From assembly GCA_002269645.1 (NCBI GenBank), contig NIVC01004738.1, positions 1-36,497 of the forward strand: a stretch of DNA of 36,497 nucleotides, in the 5' to 3' direction. The stretch is from Macrostomum lignano. Taxonomy: Eukaryota. Under the pieces are notes generated by a model that made no database searches, was not told the DNA's origin, and saw nothing but the letters and a program-made list of their open reading frames with translations. The first letter of the stretch is position 1, and every line of letters starts with the position of its first letter. This document shows, in pieces, positions 1 to 13,921 of this stretch. The position numbers and the translations under genes are program-made.

Positions 1-749
1 CTTTTTCACCATTACAGCTATGGCAGCCAAAATCTTTGGACATTTGAATGTCACCTAATTTCAGTAGAACTAAACATCTACACATTCCTGCATTACCGGC
101 TGATATGAAAGCTAACTTTGAAACAGAATACGGCTTGTATCATCGACTAAGATTAAAGGGACATGTATGTAATTTTTGGAAGTCAGCTAGTTCCTTTACG
201 AGAATAAATTTAAACAAAGTTTCACACAGCATGACAAGCTAAATTATGTTTATTCTTAGTAAAGCGAGGTTAACAAAAAGCCTTGCAGGATTAAAAGCAG
301 ATAAACATCAATCCGTGGCAATCAGTGGGAAATTTGAGAACTTTGATGACTTCTTAATTAATGGATAGAATTTTTTTGTCTTGCAATAAATTCAGAACGT
401 CACACTCAGGTCATGAAATAAACGTTTTTATAGAGCTGAATACACACATCAATGGCATGCAAAAGTGTGTAGTAACTTGAATCAAAAGAGTTAAAGCTCT
501 GGTTTTCTAAAATTACATAAAAATAAATTACTAATCAGGAGGATGAAGCATTGATTCGGAAGTAAGAATGATATGCGAGTATAATATTGCTCTAAAGGTT
601 GAGTACGGGTCTATGATTTGCGAACTCGTTGGTTTAATTATTTTAAATTCAAATTGGTGTCCAATTCGAAACCTTTTGCACAAAAATCGCCTATCAAAAC
701 GTATTTAATCCGTCAGGCTCAGCGACTCCTTGTGAGTATCTCGTAGCCT

Positions 750-1045
750 TCAAAAAGGCAGCTTAGCCAAGGACAGAGCCAGTCCGAAAGCCATCGTCAG
801 GACCCCAGAGCCGCGGTGACAATCGAGCCAGCCTTTGGCGTTGTGGCTGGCGCCTGAGTGGTCATCTCAGCAGCAATGAAATCTCGGTACCACTTGGCGC
901 TGTCCTTCAAGGTTCTGGCCGCTCAGGATCGTTGAAGTCCACCGAGACGATGCCGAAGTGCTCCGTGTAGCCCTCGCCCATTCGAAGTTGTCCATGAGGG
1001 ACCAGGCGAAGTAGCCGACTACGTTGCACTTGAACTCGTTCTTGG
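750..1045 (-). CDS. GH1 copy A exon 5 (GYFAWSLMDNFEW...GYTEHFGIVSVDF; Thr/Ala spacer and hydrophobic tail)
   Basis: Acceptor ccctgcag ends at 1046 and its phase matches exon 4. Three -1 indels are needed to keep the frame. Confidence 0.75.
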
Positions 1046-4000
1046 CTGCAGGGATGGTGAAAGAGAATGAAATCCTGCATTCGTCGGCATTCATGAAGAC
1101 CGTGTGTGTAGACAGGAGGGACTGTAGGAGACCATCCTCTTCCAACTTCGTTCATAGCCAGATGATCAATATCAAAGATATAATCAAGGATGTCCTCAGA
1201 CAAGTAACCTGGCATGGGCCTGTTTTGTATCTGTTAGGAGCTAGTAAAGAATGCCTTATTAAGTAGTCTTGAGTTGTGGCAGTGCCCTATGGGCTCCATT
1301 CTAGGGCATTCAATGTGATAGAATTTCTGTGTTTTGTAAATATTCAGCTCAAGATGTCTTTTATTACCCTGCGTAACGTTGCCGATGTACTCTCTGTAGA
1401 AGTCAATCCGGTGTTGGTCACTGGTGGTCCCGTCATTGTCAGAAACTCCGTTCTCCGTGACCACAAGGGCGGGTTGTCGTACCGCTCGCTGAGCCACTTG
1501 ATGCCCTCGCGAATGCCGAATGGTGTCACCTTGAGCCAGATGCTGCCGCTTCCAGGCCAGCTGGGATCCAGAGAGGAAACCAAGTCCTGATCGTCATAGT
1601 ATCCGCCATCGTTGCTCAGTATTTTGTGCTCAGCAATGCTGGAGGTGTAATAGTTCAGGCCGAAGAAGTCGCTGGAGCCTTTCAGCTCGGCTTTCTCATC
1701 CGCTGTGAACTCGGGCAGCCTGAGGAAAAAACAAAGGAGAGCAACGAGACCTTTAGAAGGGCTTAAAAATCTTTATCCAGCAACGATATCTGTCTGAAAA
1801 TCTAAAGTGAAGCATAAAAAATAAGCGGTCTGTTTCCGGGACGAATGAAGCCGGCAAAGACATCCTGCTTGCAGCTGTCTTCATCTGAACACGCACTAAG
1901 GAACGTGTTCGAAAGAAAAGCTGGGCAAACTAGACAAACAGAAACCGGATTCGAACCCGATTGGAGGCTGATATTTCTAAAGCCAGTTTAATACGTAGCC
2001 AAACTGACTTGAACGGTCAGAAGTTCGTACCTTGACTTTGGCAAGCCGGCTGCCGCACTCTTGTTACCGATCCGGGTCTTCATCTCCTCGGGTAGTCGCC
2101 GAAGTACACCGGGTCGGAGTACCAGCCAAACATGAACTCCATCTCTGAGCGGCTTTCTTGTCCAATTCGCTGGACGGGTCCTTCGGCAAGACGTAGGCGC
2201 CATTGAGCGTGATGCCAACTTTGCCCTGCGTGGCTTGAAGTCTTTCTCGTAGATCCTGTAGGCCTTGGCGTGGGCGCGCAGGAGATTGTGTCCCACAATG
2301 TACAGGGTAGTCTTTAACTCCTTCTTGCCGGGCGCGTGTCTGCCTTCTCCGTTGCCCACCACGTTGAACACCCAGGGCTCGTTGAATGTGATCCACCACT
2401 TGACCTGGATGGAAGAAATGGAGGATTTTCATAGAAAAGTACAAGTACATCGATTCTTGGAGCCATCGATAGATGGCTATAAGGTAACGTACGAGTTTAA
2501 AAGAAAAAAATGCTGTGTGCTGTGAATGTGCGTGCTCTAGTTTACGATAGGCCGACGACACAGCCCTCAGTGTTTCAGCAGCGTTGGTCGTTGGACCCAG
2601 GATTGACTGCAGCATGACTTGACTGACTGCTTATGCACCGGTAAACTGTGCCATTGACATTTCTTGCGTTAATACGTCTGCTCATCCCACCCGTATTCTG
2701 TCACCTTTTTGCGTGGGGTGATGTTGTGAAAATGCATGCCCTATGCTATTACGAGTAAATGTATGTGACGAACGCTCACTTATGTACACCTGTAAGTCAG
2801 ACAATGCTGCAGTTACAACAATCTGCAAATCATCCTATGGCTTTTGTTAAAACTGACGTTTTGATTCTGAGCTTTCGACTTCAACGCATTTTTGCGGTTT
2901 GCCAAGATTGCGAAACTGCGTGAGAACAGTGGTAAAGATTCCAAGGTCCCACACCATCAATCAATCTTGAAGATAAGTAATCAATTCACGTATGGGTTTG
3001 TCGCCAAGCAGAAAAAAGAGAGAAGAACTTTAAAGAAATTGCAAGAAACTTTTGGAGCGAAAAATAATACACTAACAATATTCAAGAGCTGATCCTTCAG
3101 TGAAACGGTGAACTGATAAGATAACAGATTTTCTTAGTTTGAGTCTTTAAATCAAGATATACCGACCGCTGTCTAAACCAAAGTCGTCAATGTCAAAAAA
3201 TTTCATCTATGAAAACTTGCTTATGACAACTTTCAACTCAAGCTAGAGATAAAGCGACAGTGTTTTGACAAACTGATAACGTCACCAGAAACCGTCGCAA
3301 ACAGGCCACCAAGTTTGTTGGCCCAGGTCCATGAGGAACGGTAAATTCATTCAATGACATTCTAAAATTCAACTGGAGGGTGTGTTAGTTTATATTCGCA
3401 CACCCAAGCTTAGGCGTCCGTTTTTGAGGCATTTTGGCTGATGCCTAACTCACACGGTTGGCTCTACAGCAAATGATCCTGCATGACACCCGTGTCTTTT
3501 CCCATCGAAAGAAAATTCCTAATCAGTTCACAACTAGCTTACCTTGTCGCCCAGCTTCTCGAACATCAGCTTGGCGTAGTCCACAAAGTGCGGAATGATC
3601 TGCTCGCTCTCCCAGCCTTCAAACTCATTCTGCAGAGTCAGCGGCAGATCCCAGTGGTAGAGAGTCGCCATGGGCTGAATTCCGTTTGCAAGCAGTTCGT
3701 CCACCAGGTTTACGTAATATTGAATGCCTTTCTCGTTTATGCCACCCGCCAGGGTTCCGTTGGGCAGAACTCGAGGCCAGGAGATCGAGAATCGGTAACC
3801 ATTGACGCCTAACTGTTTGAGCAGCTGGACATCCTCTTTGTACTTTTCATAGCTTCTGCAGGCTATGTCGCCGGTGCTGTTGTCCTTGATGGTGGTGCCG
3901 TTTCGGCGGACAAACTCGTCCCAGATGCTCATTCCTTTGCCTGCGAATGGTGTAATTCAAGATGGAGTTATTTCCAGACGTCATTTCCAAGCTATTTCCA

Positions 4001-4279
4001 AGCGACATCATCGAAGCCTCTTAACAGATACGCCATCAAAAACTGCGATGAAATCCACAGTGATCTTTAATTGATCGCTTATAGCACGTAGCTACTTTCT
4101 TGCCTTTAATTGCCACTCAAAGCTGGTATTCACTTACCGTCAACATCCCAGGCGCCCTCGATCTGGTAGGAGGACGTCGCCGTGCCCCAGATGAACTCCT
4201 GAGCGGTGCACTGTCGGGACATGCTGGTCAGCAGCAGAGTTAACGAAATCGCAGCGACTAGCGGCATTTGCAGCGTCAT
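750..4279 (-). CDS. GH1 beta-glucosidase / lactase-phlorizin hydrolase-like gene, copy A (5 exons; several -1/-4 indels, probably assembly errors)
   Basis: GH1 motifs read in order across GT-AG exons: signal peptide + WGTATSSYQIEGAW, SIWD, YRFSISWPR, TLYHWDLP, TFNEP (acid/base), GLNYY, VTENG (nucleophile), WSLMDNFEW, and C-terminal FGIVSVDF. Stop inferred at 750-752 after correcting one homopolymer indel; the literal stop is at 797-799. Confidence 0.9.
1368..1719 (-). CDS. GH1 copy A exon 4 (LPEFT...DFFGLNYY...WLKVTPFG...VTENG)
   Basis: Acceptor tttttcctcag ends at 1720 and the donor GTAAT starts at 1367. One -1 indel near 1467, in a C run on the coding strand. Confidence 0.85.
2031..2404 (-). 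CDS. GH1 copy A exon 3 (VKWWITFNEPW...AHAKAY...GDYPEEMK)
   Basis: Acceptor ccatccag ends at 2405 and the donor GTACG starts at 2030. Collinear with copy B exon 3 apart from indels of -1, -3, -4 and -1. Confidence 0.85.
3543..3940 (-). CDS. GH1 copy A exon 2 (GKGMSIWDEF...YRFSISWPR...TLYHWDLP...LGDK)
   Basis: Open 398-nt exon between acceptor cattcgcag and donor GTAAGC; phases fit exons 1 and 3. Confidence 0.95.
4138..4279 (-). CDS. GH1 copy A exon 1 (signal peptide + EFIWGTATSSYQIEGAWDVDG)
   Basis: ATG at 4279, hydrophobic leader MTLQMPLVAAISLTLLLTSM, donor GTAAGT at 4137. Confidence 0.9.
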
Positions 4280-4410
4280 TTTAAAACAATTTTTGTAGCA
4301 CTGGGTCAGCTAAAACTTGGGAAAACTACGCCGATTTCCGGCTGGCGAATTCTCACGGGAATTTAAGCTCGCACAAACCAATCGAGTATCGAAGTCCGGG
4401 GAGCGGGGTG

Positions 4411-4473
4411 TGGCCGATATTTTATAACCATGGCATTGCACTGCATGGTGCCTGGCATGCTGTTATCTTATCT
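4411..4473 (-). promoter_or_regulatory. Candidate core promoter of GH1 copy A: tandem GATA (AGATAAGATAA) + TATA box (TATAAAATATCGGCCA)
   Basis: Both motifs recur with similar spacing upstream of copy B (33533-33600). Confidence 0.6.
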
Positions 4474-4762
4474 TGGACGTTTGCCATGGGCTATGCAGCA
4501 AAAAATTAAGCATTCGGGCAGGACACCCGTTGAGTTTTCCAAGCCATATTTACTGTATCTGGCTTGGTCTGACTGATTTTCAATGAATAATCTACAGATC
4601 TGATGAAATTCTCTCTCCCACATGGACGGGCTCACAATGGGCTTGAGCTTGGCTTGCTGCAATGGAGCTGGTTAAGCAAAGTAATAAATTATTTGGATCT
4701 AGCCAGCCGATTTCTCGCTGCCTCTTCTCTCTCAAATAATTTAACACCAGGTAAAATTAGTA

Positions 4763-5598
4763 CAGTTTTAGGTTTAACATTGAAATAAGATCATATATAA
4801 ATACTAGGGAAATAGGTAAAGCAAATGTCACTGATACCAAACTATCTACTCTAATACTTTGTAGCATGTCCTTTTGACTTAATCACAGCATCTTATCGCC
4901 TAGGCATACTGTCCACCAGCTTCTGGCACACACACTGCCCACGAGTCCTCAATGATGCGGTACATCTGATCAAGGGAAGCTGGATGCTGCCTCTGGATGT
5001 CCCGCTCGACCCAGTTCCACAGATTCTCAATCGGATTGAGGTCTGGTGACTGCGTTGGACAGTCCATGGTGCGGATGTTGTTCCCAGCAAGCCATGCCTT
5101 CACAACCTTGGAGGTGTGTATCAAATCGTTGTCCTGCTGACAGTGCACCTGGGATCGAATTCCTCGACACCAACTCGGCGGCGCACATACCGGCAGCCGT
5201 CAGAATCAGTGCGGTAAAATTTGCTCTCGTCACTCCAGATGGTCTTGGTCCAGTCCTGGGGTGTCCAGCTTGCATGCTGCTTTGCCCAGTTCAAGCGCCG
5301 CTTCCAGTTTTTGTCGGAGATAAATGGCTTCTTAGCAATGCACCTTTATAGCACCTTTTAACCCAATTGATGAAGTGGTCTTATTTACTGTGTGACTTAT
5401 CAAATTCGAAAGTGAGACAAGTGACTCAAATTAAACACGCTAAATTGCAAGTAATTACCCAACACATCACTAATTTAATTGATTGATACCATGGTTATCT
5501 ATAACTTATTAGATTAAAATGCTTCCGCAATCTGTGTAGGTTATGAAGTTAAAAGTTCGAAGTTGTGTTAGTTGGTCTGATTTCATTGTGCGCCACTG
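4763..5598 (-). mobile_element. Tc1-like (IS630-Tc1-mariner) transposon remnant, internally deleted
   Basis: Minus-strand translation gives KKPFISDKN..RRLNWAK...TIWSDESKF, then QQDND..HTS...QSPDLNPIENLW...LVDSMPRR..VIKSKGHATKY*. The end TA|CAGTGGCGCACAATGAAAT lies at 5598-5600; the other end near 4763 is degenerate. Confidence 0.85.
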
Positions 5599-5599
5599 T

Positions 5600-6320
5600 A
5601 CATGTACAACAGAATACGCTGTCAGTGTCACATGGCGCCTCAGGGCCAAGTCACGAATGAACGCCACGCCGCCGGCGTCAGCCAGCAGGCAATCGACGAT
5701 ACGTGGACAGTACGTCTCTGAGCGGATGATGTGGCCTGTCAGCTGGAGTCGCCGATGGTGCCACAGGTCGCTTCGGCGCGATAATACAAAGCCGCGTTGG
5801 TCACTCGCTCGTAGCCGATCTTGAACGCTTGAGCGAATCCATCAGCGTCCAGGTCTCGGCGTTGTACAACAGGGCGGACTCGACCACCGCCTGGAACAAC
5901 GCCGCCCTCTGGCGGTCAGGTAGGGCCTTGGACTGCAGGACTGCCTTCACAGAACGAAAGGTAGCCTAGGCAAGGCCAGGGCGACGCTGCGAATACTCGC
6001 GGACGCCGGGAACCAGACCGCCGTGGTAGACGAACTGCTGACAACGCGAAAGCTCTGTCGCCTGTCCATCAGCGCCTCGGAACAAGATCTCAGCCTCGAT
6101 GTCGTCTGGCACGCAGAACACGACGGTCATCTGCGTGTTGACCACCAGGCCGACACTCGCCGCAACAGCAACTAGCTTGTCCAGTTGTCGCTGGGAGTTG
6201 AGGACAGCAGGGCAAGGTCGTTGGCGTAGCCCAGCACGCTGAGTCGTCTCTCCGGACGACTTCGAACCACGCGTCGCCGCAACAGAAAGCCGTCATCGTT
6301 AGTAGGTAGAGCTATCCGCA
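5600..6320 (-). mobile_element. Non-LTR retrotransposon (RTE-like) RT C-terminal fragment with 3' end
   Basis: Frame-disrupted LSVLGYANDLALLSS...VGLVVNTQ...FVYHGGLVP...TFRSVKAVLQSKALPDRQRAALFQAVVESALLYNAETWTL. Same family as 27925-28410. Confidence 0.75.
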
Positions 6321-6329
6321 GAAATCTCG

Positions 6330-6510
6330 CTGTCTGCAAGTCTGCAACTCGCATACGTCGACAACATCACCCTTCTACGTCGCGATCTGGCTGCCGCTCA
6401 ACGTGCTCCCACGCACTAGGCTCTTATGAGGAGGGTAACCCACGTTGGACTGGTGATTAACGCCTCCAAGACGGAAGTGCTTCATGTAGCTACTGACACG
6501 TCTGCTCCTG
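6330..6510 (+). mobile_element. Short non-LTR reverse transcriptase fragment
   Basis: LQLAYVDNITLL (degenerate YADD) followed by HVGLVINASKTEVL, the typical motif after RT domain 5. Confidence 0.6.
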
Positions 6511-6539
6511 GCTCTGCCAAATGGAGATGTCATCAAGGT

Positions 6540-7085
6540 GTGCGAACACTTCCGTTACCTCCGCTCCGGCAATCCCGCGTGGCTGTCCCATGTCCTTTCC
6601 CGCCCTGCGCAGGGCCCGGCCTGCTTGGACTTAACCGCAGGGACATCAGGGCGGTGACCATGGCCCTCTCGGGTCACGGCTGTTTTGCCAGGCATCGCCA
6701 CCTCCAGGGAAAAATCCACAGTGAGGAATGCCCATTCTGCCTCTCCGGTGTCGAGAATGCGGATCAATTCATCTGTGAATGCCCCGCCTTTACTCAGAAC
6801 AGGCTCACCTCCCTCGGCCAAAACCCGGACCTCTCCGATGTTTTCAGGCACGAGAATCTACCAGCTCATCCGCTACCTGAGGCCACCAAGCGAGCGACCA
6901 TCCACCTCCTGGACTCTCCGGAGGGGGACCGCGCTGCGGACAACGGCACCACCGGAACTCCCTGCGCGACACCGCAGCACTATAGCTGCCCGTGGTCACC
7001 AGGCGTTAGCGAAATGGGCGGCAACGCCTCCTAGCTGTTTCCAGACGCACGGAGCCCCCAGCTGCAGCTAAGTCAAGTAAGTCAG
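6540..7085 (+). mobile_element. 5'-truncated I-group (LOA/R1-like) non-LTR retrotransposon 3' end
   Basis: LLGLNRRDIRAVTMALSGHGCFARHRH...CPFC...ENADQFICECPAFTQNRLTSLG is the CCHC knuckle region that follows RNase H. Ends in the tail CAGCTAAGTCAAGTAAGTCA. Confidence 0.7.
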
Positions 7086-8713
7086 CTCCCTTGTGTTGAG
7101 CCTGAACAGAATCGTCTCCAACAGAACTCGGGCCTGGCGCGTGTCCCGTCTGCTTAGGAGAACCTTCAACTTAACGGAACCGATACTCCTGTGATAGCAG
7201 GGAAGCTGCTCCACTGACTAAGACGCGACAACACGCCCTGGGTGCGCACTAAATCAGCACTGGTTCTCCTTCATCAGCCCACTAGGCGTCTGCGGAGCGG
7301 GCCGCCTGTCAATCAGCAAATCAAATTATAAAGAAGATAAGCTTAGTGAAAAGACACAAACCAATTGGTTTTCAATTCCTGCATCCATGCAGGAAAGGCC
7401 CCAAAAATGATGGACCAAATGTGTTTCTATGTATATAGTTAAATATATAAAATATATATATATATGCATACCATGGTGTCCATAGGCAGTGTGGACAATC
7501 AGGGCAATGTCCACAAAGCAGCTCGCGGCAGTGCCAAATTCAAACAAATTGCAATATTCGTTAAAACAGTCATAAACAGTAAAGCACGCAGCATGCATTA
7601 AGATAAGCAGAATACTAAATTTCAAAACGGTATTAAATTGTTTAAATTAATTTAGCAGCATATTCAATTGTAAACAGGCATCTCACAATTCCCGTCTCCG
7701 TGGATCATAAGCATTATATAATCATATACTATATCTATTATTGTTGTTAACCAGCATTGAGAACAACAATTATAAGCTTTTCATAACAGTCAAAAGCTGC
7801 TGCAGGCTTCAAAACTCCAAAGATTTGGGCCTCTTAAAGCATCAAAGGCGTGCAATGGAAAATCGAGGCGAGAGCAGTGCGAAATTTTTTGTTTTACAAA
7901 TTTCCAGTCATAGTCGCATTCAACTACTGATTCAGTAGAAACACGCGGAGGCAACTTATATGAAGCCAAAGCGCTGTGATGATAAATCTGGGAGTTAATT
8001 GGGTGCCAACTAAAAACACAAGCATAAGTAGGTGAAAGCTACAGGTGACAATATAATAACTATAAATATGCTAATATAAAAAACTTGCAGAAAGTCAATT
8101 CTCTTTTTCAACAACGCGAGCTTGTTTGTACTAATTTAAGCACTAAAGACGTACAAGGAAGGCTGGATAATATTAATTAGATCAGGAAAAGAGAAGGATA
8201 GACGGCGGTTAAGTGCACATGTACTGCAGAATGCGACATGTAAATAATAGACAGATCTATATGCATATAAATATAATTAAACAATATGGAAAACATTGGG
8301 CACGCATGTCTGTACAAAACTCTCTCTGCATGGACAGACCATCCCGGCAAAAGATGATTTATTAATTGTTCAACTATTAAGTAATAAAACAACACAAAAG
8401 CAATACGTTGTTCACGGCGTGCTCTACTAGTAGTAATATAAGCATTCGCTGAATATATTGTAATTACAAGCATAAAAGTTATATATGCATACCGGATTAG
8501 CAAGAAACCGATAAACAAAGCATTATTAGAATATTAGCAATACTCAATGCTACTCGTAGTAGCGACTTTAATTTGTGTCGGATTACGAAAGGAGCGGTTC
8601 ACATGGGCGCAACTTAAATAATTCTGCGCCTTCTGAGCATGCATAATGCTTACATGACGGACGAGTTTGTATATTTGCTATACTTGCTACTGTTTAAGTA
8701 GCATTACTCTGTT

Positions 8714-9233
8714 GGAGAGGTAATGGGAGGCCTGAAGGATCGGAGGAGAGGTAATGGGAGGCCTGAAGGATCGGAGGAGAGGCAATGGGAGGCCTGAAGG
8801 AACGAAGGAGAGGTAATGGGAGGCCTGAAGGATCGGAGGAGAGGTAATGGGAGGCCTGAAGGATCGGAGGAGAGGTAATGGGAGGCCTGAAGGATCGGAG
8901 GAGAGGTAATGGGAGGCCTGAAGGATCGGAGGAGAGGTAATGGGAGGCCTGAAGGATCGGAGGAGAGGTAATGGGAGGCCTGAAGGATCGGAGGAGAGGT
9001 AATGGGAGGCCTGAAGGATCGGAGGAGAGGTAATGGGAGGCCTGAAGGATCGGAGGAGAGGTAATGGGAGGCCTGAAGGATCGGAGGAGAGGTAATGGGA
9101 GGCCTGAAGGATCGGAGGAGAGGTAATGGGAGGCCTGAAGGATCGGAGGAGAGGTAATGGGAGGCCTGAAGGATCGGAGGAGAGGTAATGGGAGGCCTGA
9201 AGGATCGGAGGAGAGGTAATGGGAGGCCTGAAG
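8714..9233 (+). repeat. 31-bp minisatellite (AGGCCTGAAGGATCGGAGGAGAGGTAATGGG), about 17 copies, just 3' of PAK
   Basis: Period of 31 read directly (8821, 8852, ...); copies are nearly identical. Confidence 0.97.
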
Positions 9234-9357
9234 TATCTCTAAACCTGAAGTACTTTCTCAAGATTTTAAATACTTCCGAGAATCTCATTTACGTACACCG
9301 AAAAAAAAAAACTGAATGAATCCGATCCAGGCAATAAAAAGAAGTCCTTGAACCGAC

Positions 9358-13838
<4,481 letters not shown>

Positions 13839-13921
13839 GCCGCTGCCGCCGCTGCTGTGCGAATGAGCGGCGTCATTTTGGTGGCGGTGCTGCAATGATT
13901 TTGGGAATGGTTGCGATGTGT

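Noticed and set aside
1947-1957. Perfect Pol III B box (GGTTCGAATCC, minus strand) in GH1-A intron 3
   Set aside because: No convincing A box or cloverleaf; insufficient for a tRNA or SINE call.
750-4279. Bacterial or horizontally acquired origin of the GH1 genes
   Set aside because: Spliceosomal introns at shared positions, signal peptides and lactase-like motifs fit an ordinary animal GH1; nothing in the sequence suggests HGT.
8704-9288. 194-aa repetitive ORF
   Set aside because: It is the 31-bp minisatellite cycling through three frames.
13839-13895. ORF-track N-terminus of PAK (MQHRHQ...)
   Set aside because: It begins at TTG under a bacterial start-codon table; the first in-frame ATG is at 13838.
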